Assembly: GCF_964204645.1 (NCBI RefSeq)
Contig: NC_134031.1
Span: forward strand, 15,053,807-15,117,806
DNA length: 64,000 bases
Direction: 5' to 3'
Origin: Tubulanus polymorphus
Taxonomy: Eukaryota; Animalia; Nemertea
Part shown: one piece after another, positions 1-13,287 of the stretch
Position numbering within the stretch: the stretch's first letter is position 1
How the letters are laid out: the number at the start of each line of letters is the position of its first letter
Translations under genes and position numbers: made by a program
The notes under the pieces: generated by a model
Database searches by the model: none
The model's input: only the letters and a program-made list of their open reading frames with translations
What the model was told of the DNA's origin: nothing

Positions 1-1996
1 TCACACAGTATCGGTTTCCCTGAATTAGTGTTTCCCGCAGTCTTGCAGGTAAGCCATTAAATAGTGAAATCCAGTCTCCGCTGATTGCTGATTGAAGATT
101 TTTATGGACTCTCTCGACTTTCACTTGACAATTTTCGTAATGTGGTAATGATGGTAATGATTGAAATTTATATAGCGCAGGTATCCTGACCTTAGTGAGT
201 TCAGATGCGCTCCAAATTTGGTGTTATCACCCCCAGCCTCATCATACATTTCATGTATCAATCATGGAGAGAGGCAATGAGGATACATATCTTACCCGGG
301 ATTCGAACCCATGACCTGGCTTCTCACAGTCGAACATTCTAAAACATGTCAATGTCATTGTTACAAAAACCAATACAACTCCACATAGTTGTTCATTATT
401 ATCTCCTTGCTTAACCCTTTCAGTGCGTCTACACCGCATCACCGCAGTGCGGTGTATGAATCGATGATGGATTTTGCTAGTACACCGCATTGCAGTGTAT
501 TGATGTAATTAGTTTTTATCTCTATTGAAAGATGGCAGCACCTGTCAAACATAGTGAAATATGAGTAACTAACGATACACTGCGTCGCGGTGTAGACGCA
601 ATATAGCGGTATTCCCATTATTCAACACACTAGGGTGGAATTTTTCAAATTATCTCCAGCGCTATAGGGTAGTCAGCACTGAAAGGGTTTAGTACCTTTG
701 TGTAAATTTAAGAGAATACGTCTTAAGAATTTGGTTTGTCGAAATTGTTTTTCAGTTGAAGACGTTCATCAAACAATGCAAAGTCGCTAGTTTTACGAAG
801 CAGATCAAACAGATCGTCGACAAGGTGCAAGAATCGAGCAAAACGATTCAGCAACGCCGAAAATCCAGTTCGATCGACATCACCGACTCGTCTGCGGTCG
901 ACAATTGGGAAATCGCGATGAAACAGGAGGGAACGCCGCTCGGTAAATTCTATTCCAGTTGGCGTAAATTGAGAGATCGAGAAAAACAGATGGAAGCAGC
1001 CGGAAAAGACCAGGTAAAACTCGTAATTTACTCGAGCTGGGGATTGATGAGAGGTTTAAAACCAGACTTCTATCATACAGTAGACTGTGTTTACCCCCCT
1101 GAGTCGATTGCCCATCGACAATAAGTTATAAATTTTCCAACTCCTCCAAGATGGCGCAACAAAACGCTGGGTTATATGTTGTGAGCATCAGTTAATTTTC
1201 AATTAAATTTGAACTTGACTTTTAGGCCGCCAAATCTGAAAATTATCTGTACTGTAGATCTGAGGCAACCTCCACAGTCTATTGTAGATCAGAGGCCACA
1301 CTGTCTACTTTAGATCAGAGGCAACCTCCACAGTCTACTGTAGTTCAGAGGCAACTGCCACTGTCGACTGTAGATCAGAGGTAACCGCCACAGCCACAGT
1401 CTACTTACAAATATGGTGACACTGAATGTTTATGTATTTGAACAGATTGTAGGAAGCGATAATCTACCGGTGATTGTACGCCCGAATGGTCCGCTACGAG
1501 CGACGCCCGAAGAGAGGAAAGAATTCTCCGAGATTTTCGACGCATCAAGTGACGAGGACGGCGACGATGAAACTAGATTCTTACTGAAATCTGAACGACC
1601 CACAACTAAAAAACATAAAACACTCACCAATAGCGACAGTGACGGTGATGCTGACAGTTACAGGTATTCATTATTTGCACATTAATTGACCAAGGGACGT
1701 TTTGATGGTCAGAGCCGTCTGGTGGATCCACACTTGCCGCAGTTGTAATTTGTTTATTTTTTTTCAGTGATTTCGACGAAGGCGATTTGGATCAACTGGC
1801 TGGTTCAGCTAGTGAAGAGGAAGGTAGTAGTGGTGGTGAGGAGGAAGGAAGTGGTGATGAAGAGGAAGAACTTAGTGATAACGATGATGATGATGATGAA
1901 AGTGAAGATGAAATGTCCGATATTCCTGAAATGGAAGATGTAGTTGAAGATTTTCAATTCACAGATGATGATGATTCTTCGTGTTTGAAAAAATAA
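1..1996 (+). CDS. NOC2L: Nucleolar complex protein 2 homolog, 3' exons (1-48, 756-1013, 1446-1663, 1768-1996); the gene begins upstream of the window
   Basis: GT-AG exons join in frame to give SHSIGFPELVFPAVLQ|LKTFIKQCKVASFTKQIKQIVDKVQES...EGTPLGKFYSSWRKLRDRE. This matches the NOC2L C-terminal region (IGFPELVLP, EGTPL..Y..WRKLRDRE) and is followed by an acidic D/E tail. Confidence 0.9.
160..340 (-). mobile_element. tRNA-headed SINE fragment
   Basis: The minus strand reads gttcgactgtgagaagccaggtcatGGGTTCGAATCCcgg (B-box). The same head occurs at about 42450. Confidence 0.45.
411..690. mobile_element. piggyBac-like MITE
   Basis: Terminal inverted repeats ttaaCCCTTTCAGTGC ... GCACTGAAAGGGtt. 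Related copies lie at 38838-39130, 44936-45112 and about 60585-60720. Confidence 0.7.
1248..1404. repeat. ~30-bp minisatellite (ctactgtagatcagaggcaacctccacagt, about 5 copies) in a NOC2L intron
   Basis: The tandem periodicity is directly visible. Confidence 0.75.
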
Positions 1997-2271
1997 ACAG
2001 TATTTTAATATTTAATACACAACTATGTTCTCAACTGTCATCCTGTATCTTGATCAGGTTTAAGGATTTGAGGAGAAATGACCCCAGCAAGTATTCTGAT
2101 CCGTTTGTAGAAAAGAGTCCTCGAGTCCATCCACTTCACGAATTAACAAAAATAACCTCTCACTTCGATGTCAGGATTGAAAAAGATGAAAAGTTTATTT
2201 TAGAAATGATATAAATATAAACATTTTTAGAGCTAGATATGATTGTAACTAATTTCTGGAGGGCGGATGAT

Positions 2272-3416
2272 TTAGACGTAAAACGATGGATCTCTTAAAC
2301 TAGAAGTATCGTCGTTCTCGGTATCCTCGATTCGTGATCCGTCTGCCAAGATTAAATCTCTCTCCCATAGATATTCGCACAGTAGATTCAGAATGGGGGC
2401 GACCTCGCCAAGTTCGGAGCGAGTTTCGCTCGGATGAAACACCGGAACGTTCTTCACTCGTAAAACCGGAAGTTTCCACGTGTCTTCGAACTGTTTCAGT
2501 TCGCGAAGTGACACCTCGCTGTGAGCGTGCTGGTCGAATCTGTCGTTCGAATTAAGGATTCGTAACAATATCAACCCAATTTAATTCAAGTTCATTTCTA
2601 AAAAACGGTTAACTGCTTCTTACTCGTGTAGAGGGACCGAGAGCTTCAAGTTTAATATCTTGGAAATGGTCAGGTTTTTTTCCATGATTAATTAACCCTG
2701 TTTTATTTAGAACTGAATTGTGAAACTGAGTGGACTCTGAACTGTGGAACTGGATGGACTTTGAACTGTGGAACTGGATGAACTGTGGACTTGGGTGGAG
2801 ACTGAAACTGTGGAACTGGGTGGAGACTTAACTATGTGGAACTGGGTGGAGACTGAACTATGTGGAACTAGGCAGAGACTGTACTGTGGAACTGGGTGGG
2901 GACTGAACTGTTGAACTGGGTGGAAGGTATTTGATTAAAAGGATACTTAGTTCCGATAATGATTTTACACATGTTATCTTTAGGTTCCGTTATCCGTGAC
3001 ATTTGTTTCTTTAAATCTTCGCAACTCGATTTATCGACGTACGAGAACAGAAAGAGCACGCAATCTAAACGGTCTTTACAAGCCTGAAATACGCAACACA
3101 TAAACATTTACAACTAGTGTCTCATTTCTTCTCGGAACTGGTGACGTGGACTCCTGGATCCAGTTCAACATTTGTGAGTTAAGATTCGACTCGCAGTTAC
3201 CTCAGTGAAAATGAAATGATTTTAACTCTGATATAACTCACAACCGTGGAACCGACTAAAATTTTTTATTAAAATTAGATTTAAATCTTACGGGTAAAAT
3301 GTGGTCATATTTTTTTATAGCCTGAGCTCCGGCGTCCCAGAACTGTAGCTGAAACATCACCGGTTTATTGCACTGTTTCACGAACGCCGGCCAAAATACA
3401 TCGGTAGCTTGAATAC
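2272..3416 (-). CDS. CPLANE2: Ciliogenesis and planar polarity effector 2 (RSG1 small GTPase), last three coding exons (3292-3416, 2947-3083, 2272-2539)
   Basis: The spliced translation is GIQATDVFWPA...MFQLQFWDAGAQAIKKYDHILP|ACKDRLDCVLFLFSYVDKSS...IIIGTK|FDQHAHSEV...WKLPVLRVKNVP...VAPILNLLCEYLWERD. It matches RSG1/CPLANE2 (FWDCGE.ALKKFDH, FLFSF.DR.SF, IGSKFDQ, LPLLRVKSVP). The P-loop exons were not found. Confidence 0.85.
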
Positions 3417-5946
3417 CTTCAATTGAATACATGTATTACAACAAAATATATTTATTTTGATTACAGTAGACTCTTAGCGACCTCAGTTTAGGCGTCGTCC
3501 CGATGGCTATGTACAAAACGCTAACCGTTCATGAAATATGAGTCCCACAATCACAGGATCGAAAAAGATTTTAAAACATCAAAACTATCAAAATTTATGA
3601 AAACCTCAAATTTTCAGTTTTACACTAAAAAACCATTTTCAAGAGTGATTTGATTTCAATAAATTTTAAAATCGTTTTAGAACCATCCTGTGATTGTGGG
3701 ACTTAAAATTCATCTTTGTCTCTCGCGATTTATCGCGTTGTTTTATCACGTTACTAACCGTAAATAACACTAGCCCCATATAGTGAAAACGGTGAACTAA
3801 ACTGCATTTAGACCTTAGACTCTACTGTAAAGCAAGATTATCGAGTAAGACGGATTTTATTTATTCGAGATTACCCGGTGTTTCACTGTGAGTTGATGGT
3901 ATTTCTAATCCGGCTAGTTTTGCGATCAGGCTCGTTTTTCCCACTGCTGTTTTTCCGCATACGAATACCTTATATTTGTATTCATCAATGTCTGGCTGTG
4001 AATGGACGCTTGGTCTCTCCAATAGACCTACACGTAAAAACCGATGAGGAACGCATCAAAAAAATAACTAGGCCTAACTGTCTACGGGTACGGGAGTCTT
4101 CACTGTATATAGCATGGGTGAAAGAATAGGGTCAGGGTTGGGTTATAAATGAATTAAATTTCGTTTTTTATTAATCCTCCAGTAGTGTTCTGTGGCTAAA
4201 GTCTAATTAGTACCTAGCCGGAACAGTAACGATTGGTATTCATTGTAGTTAGTTACCTAATCGTTGGTGGTAAGCTTTTTATAATCGGATGGGCTTATAC
4301 CAACGTTAGGGATGACAAGGACCAAAACACGGTTGAAAAAGTAACACTTCAAAAATATACTTTATATTCACTTCAGTCCAAAATTAATGGCTTAATTCAC
4401 AATCTAACATAGGTACCTTTCGAAATAATCCAATTTTATGTATGTTTCGAGTGGTTAATCAACATTATTTTGAGAAATTAATTAATTTCTCCACCAATTT
4501 CGCCATTGGCCGCCATTTCTCTGTATTGCACATGTGGCATGATAAGACAAGGGGACCTACAAGGATTTATATAAAACTTCCAAGACGAAACGACAATTTT
4601 TATTTTTGATGGTTTTCCAACTTATATTTCAAATCTTCAGGTTTTCCATATTAAATTATGAAATAATAAATTCTGGTAAAAGAAAAATGTGAATAAGTGT
4701 TGATTTCTTAATTTTTTTCAATTTCGTCGTTTCGCTTCGTTAGTTTGTGCTGTTGTCCTGGCCTCAGTCCACAGGTGCCAGCACCTCAAGTAATTTTCAA
4801 AATGGCAGCTGTTGACCCGACGGAAATTTACTCTCACTTTACGGCCGATTTGCACATGGATTAAGATCGTCAGGTGAGGTGTTATAGGTATCAGACAAAC
4901 TACGAATCTGTTGTGCGTCGATTACAACAAAAATTAGACGGATATCTTAAGAGGCAATGAAATGCCAGGCAAATTACTCGTCAGTCAAATTGGCTGACGA
5001 AGATTTCATACAAAAATGACCTTCCCATTCCTGACTGTGGTTTGTGAAAATATCCGATTGTGAAACTAAACCACAGACAGGTTACTGACTATATTCATTG
5101 CAGACCACTGTGCTGTGGTTAACACTAGAGATATTTTTTCATTTCTTGATTTCGGATCCCAACACTACAAGTCAGAATTGTGCACGTGCTAACTGGAGTT
5201 CTGTAACCGCAACTATTGCACTCTGTCAACACGGCCAATAAACATCAGCTGACAGTACACCCGAGAGTGAGAGAGAGAACTGCAAAAAAGACTGATACGT
5301 CGAATCGAAGAGGATTTTAACTCGATTTTATGTTTTTTTACCGAAGTATTTCCTGTTTTGTTGATCCTTAATTGTCGCCTGCATGACATCTTTAGCTTCA
5401 GATGTTTTATACCAGTTGTGATCGATGTAACTGCCGGGAATTAACATCGTTACTTATTTATCGAAATCAGATCGCGGAACCCTTCTTCAATAATGTTTAC
5501 CCGGTGTCACAGTACAAGTGGTATCCCACTCAATACAGGCACCCCCTGATTGCGCATGCGCGTGGGATTCCACTGCTTGTTTACCGCAAACGAGTAAAAG
5601 CCATCCCCGTACTAGAGGCATCCCCTTCTTTTGTACCAATTCAATTCAATTTATTGATGCTTTGATTCATCAAACAATTACCAATTATTTACTGTTTGTT
5701 TTTGAATAAAATCACTCGCAATGAAAAAAATACTACGTAACAATGCATTCAGTAATGAATGCTTCGGCAGTTGCATTTTATAAGCATCAAAACCGTAAAT
5801 TTAAAAAGTAATCAGACCATTCCGTTTTTTCAAATACTAAAATATATTTTATTTTCAATATTTAACGATATTTACATATCCAGTAAAACATAAGAATAAC
5901 GCATATAAACATGATAACATAAATGATAGTATCTATTAGTATCTAT

Positions 5947-8600
5947 AAAACATGATATTAATGATATTTTGAATAAGATACATTCTGATTAACCATTACT
6001 TATGACTTAAAAGGAGGGGATGCATGTAATACCGTACCATCTGACAGTATTAGAGCTACCCCCTAACAGATTGATATTAAAACAACTATTGCAATTATTA
6101 ACTTCAAAATCTATAATAAAACATGATATTAATGATATTTTGAATAAGATACATTCTGATTAACCATTACTTATGACTTAAAAGGAGGGGATGCATGTAA
6201 TACCGTACCAGCTGACAGTATTTGAGCTACCCCCTAATAGATTGATATTAAAACAACTATTGCAATTAATAACTTCAAAATCTATAATAAAACATGATAT
6301 TAATGATATTTTTAATAAGATACATTCTGATTAACCATTACTTATGACTTAAAAGGAGGGGATGCATGTAATACCGTACCATCTGACAGTATTAGAGCTA
6401 CCCCCTAACAGATTGATATTAAAACAACTATTGCAATTAATAACTTCAAAATCTATAATAAAACATGATATTAATGATATTTTGAATAAGATACATTCTG
6501 ATTAACCATTACTTATGACTTAAAAGGAGGGGATGCATGTAATACCGTACCAGCTGACAGTATTATAGCTACCCCCTAATAGATTGATATTAAAACAACC
6601 AGGGCAATTAATAACTTCATAATCCAAAATAAAACATGATATTAATGATATTTTTAATAAGATACATTCTGATTAACCATTACTTATTACTTTAAAGGAG
6701 GGGATGCATGTAATACCGTACTAGCTGACAGTATTAGAGCTACCCCCTAATAGATTGATATTAAAACAACTATTGCAATTAATAACTTCAAAATCTATAA
6801 TAAAACATGATATTAATGATATTTTGAATAAGATACATTCTGATTAACCATTACTTATGACTTAAAAGGAGGGGATGCATGTAATACCGTACCAGCTGAC
6901 AGTATTTGAGCTACCCCCTAATAGATTGATATTAAAACAACTATTGCAATTAATAACTTCAAAATCTATAATAAAACATGATATTAATGATATTTTGAAT
7001 AAGATACATTCTGATTAACCATTACTTATGACTTAAAAGGAGGGGATGCATGTAATACCGTACCAGCTGACAGTATTATAGCTACCCCCTAATAGATTGA
7101 TATTAAAACAACCAGGGCAATTAATAACTTCATAATCCAAAATAAAACATGATATTAATGATATTTTTAATAAGATACATTCTGATTAACCATTACTTAT
7201 TACTTTAAAGGAGGGGATGCATGTAATACCGTACTAGCTGACAGTATTAGAGCTACCCCCTAATAGATTGATATTAAAACAACTATTGCAATTAATAACT
7301 TCAAAATCTATAATAAAACATGATATTAATGATATTTTGAATAAGATACATTGTGATTAACCATTACTTATGACTTAAAAGGAGGGGATGCATGTAATAC
7401 CGTACCAGCTGACAGTATTATAGCTACCCCCTAATAGATTGATATTAAAACAACCAGGGCAATTAATAACTTCATAATCCAAAATAAAACATGATATTAA
7501 TGATATTTTTAATAAGATACATTCTGATTAACCATTACTTATTACTTTAAAGGAGGGGATGCATGTAATACCGTACTAGCTGACAGTATTAGAGCTACCC
7601 CCTAATAGATTGATATTAAAACAACTATTGCAATTAATAACTTCAAAATCTATAATAAAACATGATATTAATGATATTTTGAATAAGATACATTCTGATT
7701 AACCATTACTTATGACTTAAAAGGAGGGGATGCATGTAATACCGTACCAGCTGACAGTATTATAGCTACCCCCTAATAGATTGATATTAAAACAACCAGG
7801 GCAATTAATAACTTCATAATCCAAAATAAAACATGATATTAATGATATTTTTAATAAGATACATTCTGATTAACCATTACTTATTACTTTAAAGGAGGGG
7901 ATGCATGTAATACCGTACTAGCTGACAGTATTAGAGCTACCCCCTAATAGATTGATATTAAAACAACCAGGGCAATTAATAACTTCATAATCCAAAATAA
8001 AACATGATATTAATGATATTTTTAATAAGATACATTCTGATTAACCATTACTTATTACTTTAAAGGAGGGGATGCATGTAATACCGTATCAGCTGACAGT
8101 ATTAGAGCTACCCCCTAACAGATTGATATTAAAACAACTATTGCAATTAATAACTTCAAAATCTATAATAAAACATGATATTAATGATATTTTGAATAAG
8201 ATACATTCTGATTAACCATTACTTATGACTTAAAAGGGGGATGCATGTTATACCGTACTAGCTGACAGTATTAGAGCTACCCCCTAATAGATTGATATTA
8301 AAACAACTATTGCAATTAATAACTTCAAAATCTATAATAAAACATGATATTAATGATATTTTGAATAAGATACATTCTGATTAACCATTACTTATGACTT
8401 AAAAGGGGGATGCATGTTATACCGTACTAGCTGACAGTATTAGAGCTACCCCCTAATAGATTGATATTAAAACAACCAGGGCAATTAATAACTTCAAAAT
8501 CCAAAATAAAACATGATATTTTGAATAAAATACATTCTGATTAACCATTACTCATGACTTTAAAGGGATGTTATACTGTACCAGCTGACAGTTTTAGAGG
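5947..8600. repeat. 171-bp tandem satellite, about 15.5 copies
   Basis: The motif catgatatta recurs at 5951, 6122, 6293, 6464 ... 8174, 8343 and 8512. The period is 171 bp, and 169 bp in the last units. Confidence 0.97.
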
Positions 8601-8799
8601 TATCGCATTATAGAATGACAGATAAAATGATATCAAAACATAAAGGACATTTTTTACTGTCAAACTACCTGACCTGACGATAGTATAGCTCAAAATGATA
8701 TCACAACTAATTATTAGAATTCATAACTGCAAAATAAAAAAATCAACTATGATAATCTTTGGATTCTTACGAAGATACATTTTGTAAAATGACGAAGCA

Positions 8800-11130
8800 T
8801 TAGTACGTTGGTTTTAAGCCCTTTTGCAAAATTTCAATACATTCTTCATCAGATATAACAACATCTGATGGCATAAAGATATTTCCATCAAATTCAGGGT
8901 ATTTTCTCAAAATACAAGTGGCGTTAGGGTGGAAATAACCAACTCTCCAGGAATCCCTCTTGCTGGCAGATCTTTTATCAAAGAATTGATAATTTCCATA
9001 TGAAGCCACAACCAGTCTCGATTTAAGATCCGTAGGGCAGCCTTGGCATCGCTTTATTCTCGTCGATCTTTCCTTCATGTAAAATGGCGCTGAAAAATAA
9101 TACATTATTGATATGTTAAAGCGCTAAAATGAGACGTGTTACAGCTTTCATGTCGTTATTTTCAAATTACCTATATCTTTTTCTTGTTTACTAGTTCTTT
9201 CCTTTTTCGGTAACTCCATCTTTCCGCCTAGAAAAGTCAATGTAATTGTCAAAAATAACCGATACAGATGTAATAACTAAATTCAAATCTGTGAAAAGTA
9301 TACCTGTTTCTTTTTTCTTCTTTTTTACAGCTTTTCGCATTTTCGTACCTACTAATTGTACACATATATGTATATACAAGACCATACCTCTCCTACTTAA
9401 TTCGTTATATACGAACATAATTATGTTCGTGGTCACAAATGCGCTACATCAAATTAGTAATCTGATTGAATAGAATTAAGAAATGCAGAATTAACAGACC
9501 TGCAGTTTTGTTGTCACATGCAGTGGTATTCTCGAACTCAAAATCACTCGTTTTTCTTCGTTTTGGTGGAACTATGTCTGGTAATTCATTATCTGTAATA
9601 TAGAAAAACAGGGTACTTTAGGACGACTCTATTTCATAGTACTAACTTTCTACTACAGTAGGCCTATCATAATGATTCCTTGGCGAATGTTTGTCTCCAT
9701 CTGTAATCCATCTTGCAATAAATTATGGACATTCCCGGTATCCTGACATATTGAACTTACTAGTAACGAACTCTGCATCATGAAGCTCATTTTCATTTTG
9801 GACGAGGGACGCATCAGGAAGGTTACCTGAAGAAAAGTTTCTATTCAATTTATCCTCATTCTCCGTTGGTCTTTTACTCTTACTTTAAAATTAGGATTGT
9901 GCGCGCGACATGTGTAGTGAGTAGATACCTCGGAGCTAGAACCAACTTAATTATTTCTCCTTAGTCTTAACTAAGTACACTGTGAAAAAATTATCATTGA
10001 TTTTCTTTCGTAAGATTTTTCATCAAATTATCCTAAGACTTTAATAACTCCTATAATAATATAATGTTATAAATGGAATCATTCTGGGTAAACCAGGTCG
10101 ACCAAATGAATCATGCCAGCCAACCGATTGGAGTCTTCCCAGTCTTCCTCAAAGTTTGATACATTGTTATGCAACAGCAATTCATTATAACTCACCATTT
10201 CCTATAGGATTTCCTTGATTTTCTTGTTCGCCTGAATAAAAATGAATGCAAATATATTCATTAAAGAATTAATATAATAGATAGAAAAGATATTCGCGAG
10301 ACTGATCTTTGCTTACTGTCAATAGCTTTGCAGTACTTGCAAAAAAACATCACACTGCTTGCAATGTTGCTGCCTATCAGGGGTATTTGTCTGTTGTAGC
10401 AAGCTAGGTGAAACCACCTAAAGCATCTATCACAGCCAATCTGATTGAAAATGATAAATCAAATAAACTGGGAACATTTCTAAACATTCACCACGAATAG
10501 AAGAAAAATTGTATAATATCAATTAGTGTCAACGGAAACTTACCCAATCGGTAACATGAATTGAGCTTGCATGACAACATAGACAGCACATCTTTGAAGG
10601 ATCTGTAGCTATTGAATGAAAATACACTGTAATTTCAATTTCAGGTAAAGGAATGTGTATATCTTTATAGCGTACTGTTCACCTTTCTTACCTATCGATC
10701 CCATGAGCCACATGGCTATCTCAAATCGGTACTGATCGATCGCAGAACTAGTATTGTCAAACTCAAGGGTTTCATTTGCCAAAATACTCTCTGCAAACTA
10801 CAGAATATCGCAGAATATAATCAATTATAGTGTGAGGCCTATTTGATTAACAAACACGGTCTCCTGCAAGTTATTTAGATACAGGGTATACCATAATTAA
10901 ACTTGTTAATATCAATAATATCCCTGTATATAAAGTCCTTTCATATACCTTGAGAACAAAGACTCCACATGATGATGAATCTAGCTGCTTTGAGTGTTTG
11001 ACGGTCCTCAACCTCCAGTTTCCCATTGACTTGACACTCTTGATGGCGATTGTGTTTTTAAAAACGGTTATCAATTCCTCTTTTAGTTCGCCCAATGAAT
11101 TGCCTCCACATGCCTGTACCCGTTTGAGAC
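8800..11130 (-). pseudogene. Spliced Ulp1 (C48) protease C-terminus + PHD finger + downstream Cys/His zinc-finger-like ORF; probable DNA-transposon accessory gene relic
   Basis: Exon ~10949-11110 encodes HSKQLDSSSCGVFVLK (Ulp1 catalytic Q..C motif). Exon 10692-10797 encodes FAESIL...YRFEIA. Exons 10544-~10608 and 10317-10440 encode CCLC...WIGCDRCFRWFHLAC...FFCKYC (PHD). ORF 8800-9105 has CQGC...H....C. Stop codons occur in the intervening region and the 5' part is missing. Confidence 0.65.
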
Positions 11131-11991
11131 GATTTCACCGAGAAATGAGTAGCTCCGAGAATATCCAAGTCAGGTTATCCATATCGCGGCAGTTTGTTTT
11201 TTTTGGGCAGTGATCTCAAATCCAGGGAACATCACCGAATAATATCCATATTGGGGAATTATGTTCTATTAAATCGCTAAAACGTTTTATTAAACGCACG
11301 ATTTTTTTTAGATTGATAGTAAATTAGCGCAACCCACGCGGCCTAAATCGAATAGATAATCAATAATGAAACAAAATGACAAAATAGTCACGTTCACATA
11401 AAATCATTTAAATCTGGCAGAAGATTTTGTAGTTTTATTCATCTTATCTTAGAATTTCTGACCCCGCTGCCCGCAACCATTAGTGACAGACAGTTACCGT
11501 TCTGCCCTTACGTTAGCGATGAGTGAACTAGTCAGCTGGTATTCGTACTGTGGCAAGTAACTAATAGTTGGTTCGCATTTTGACCGCTAATGGTTAATAC
11601 AGGGGCAGCACTTGGCGGTTTAAAAGTACATGAAAAATCGAGATACGTTGAGATAATCAATAAATCGAACGGTCAAGTTGTAATCGGGTCATTTATTTAT
11701 AATTGGTAAACAATCAATTTCCCACGGAAGTGTAAATTCAAGCATAAAACATATTTAGGCTTCCGCTAAATGTGCCACATATCTGCAATGAAAGAGAAAG
11801 CTTAATCAAACGTTGCTATCATGATTCTACTATTGGCAGATTGATGGGTCCCGGGTTCGAATCTACAGTCGATAACAAGGTTTAAACACGGTTAAAACCA
11901 GGTTGAAATGCCTCGAGTTTCTCAAATAAAATCTAATAATTAAATTAATGATAAAATTTAATAATTTTCGCATATGATTCCAATATGTTGC

Positions 11992-12234
11992 TCACCCGCA
12001 TTTTGTTGCTGAATTCGCTACTTTGTCGCATTTGCAGCATGTTGAGCCGTTACAAACGCCGTTTGGCACAACAACTTCATCGTGATCACACCCTTCACCA
12101 GGTCGGCACGCAAAGTAAATCTCTTCTCCTTTTACTTTGTAGTTGCAGTCACTGTCACCTCGTGCCGTACCAGTGACGGCCAGCAGCAACGCCATCAACC
12201 AGACTAGAATAACTGTACGCGGGATACCTATCAT
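11992..12234 (-). CDS. Secreted 8-Cys beta-defensin/toxin-like peptide, copy 1 (80 aa)
   Basis: A splice acceptor tttttacag|A-ATG precedes a hydrophobic signal peptide MIGIPRTVILVWLMALLLAVTGTARG. The mature peptide is DSDCNYKVKGEEIYFACRPGEGCDHDEVVVPNGVCNGSTCCKCDKVANSATKCG. AATAAA lies at about 11695, and a paralogue is at 19756-19995. Confidence 0.8.
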   Translation of the reverse strand: MIGIPRTVILVWLMALLLAVTGTARGDSDCNYKVKGEEIYFACRPGEGCDHDEVVVPNGVCNGSTCCKCDKVANSATKCG

Positions 12235-12653
12235 TCTGTAAAAAATGTCAACGTTTTCTATAAGTGTGGGGTGAGGTTCCACAGTTCTGAACCCAGTTTC
12301 ACAGTTCTGGAACCACTTCCACAGTTCTGAACCCAGTTCCACAATTGTGAGTTAAAATTTAAGAGTTATTTGATAGATTGTCCAAGAACTGATCAGCCTA
12401 AAGAAGTTATTGGAGTTATGAACTGGATCCTGAACTGTAGACTGGGGCCTGCCTATCTGATATCGGAGTTGATGATATAGTTATATCTGTTATAGTTTAC
12501 TCATATTTGCCCTAATCAGACTCACTGGACTCGCTTACTGTGTATAGGATGTTTATACATTCGATATCAATTCCGCTTTCAGTGTAGATACTGTATTTTA
12601 TATAAAATAACATTTATTCGAAAAATCTAACACATTCCAACGATAACGAGTAA

Positions 12654-13287
12654 AGTAATTATAAATGTCTTGTTCTATACCAGAGGTCGAAAGGTCGAGC
12701 TCATAAAAAATTGAAAATAAATTCTCGCACGCTCGAATTTATTTTTATTTTTATTCACTCAATACTCTAATGTGATTTTGATAATGAATTTAAAAAGTTT
12801 AATCCTAATGAAAAAGTGTATTGTTATTGTGGTGGTAAATATTTAAGATCACATAAATCAAAGCATTATCAAACAATTAAACATATCAATTATGGAAAGA
12901 ATTATAATTCAATATTGAAATAAGATTAAGCTGTATGTTTCAAATATATGATAGCTAAATATTGTGAAATAAGTTAATGAATAACTGTTAAATTGTTAAA
13001 ATGTTAAATTGTAAGACTGTTGATATGTTAAATTGTTAGACTGTTGAAATGTTAAATTGTTAGACTGTTAAAATGTTAAATTGTTAGACTGTTAAACTAT
13101 CAAATTGTTAGACTGTTTGAATAGTAAATTATTAGACTGTTAAAATATTAAATTGTTAGACTGTTGAAATAGTAAGGTTGAGTGAATAAAAAATGAAAAT
13201 AAATTCGAGTGTGCGCGAATTCATTTTTCATTTTTTATGAGCTCGACCTTTATACCTCTTGTATAGAACAAGACATTTATAATTACT
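12654..13287. mobile_element. 634-bp non-autonomous TIR element with AGT...ACT termini (Polinton/Maverick-like miniature element)
   Basis: It has ~105-bp imperfect terminal inverted repeats (agtaattataaatgtcttgttctatac... / ...gtatagaacaagacatttataattact). It is absent at the paralogous site (~20550). Internally it carries a ZnF relic and a 24-bp tandem repeat. Confidence 0.75.

Noticed and set aside
5947-8600. CRISPR array
   Set aside because: The units are near-identical over their whole 171 bp with no unique spacers, the context is eukaryotic, and there are no cas genes.
12235-12342. N-terminal extension of the 116-aa ORF (MELGSELWKW...)
   Set aside because: It starts at a non-ATG codon in repeat sequence, lies upstream of a splice acceptor, and is not conserved in frame in copy 2.
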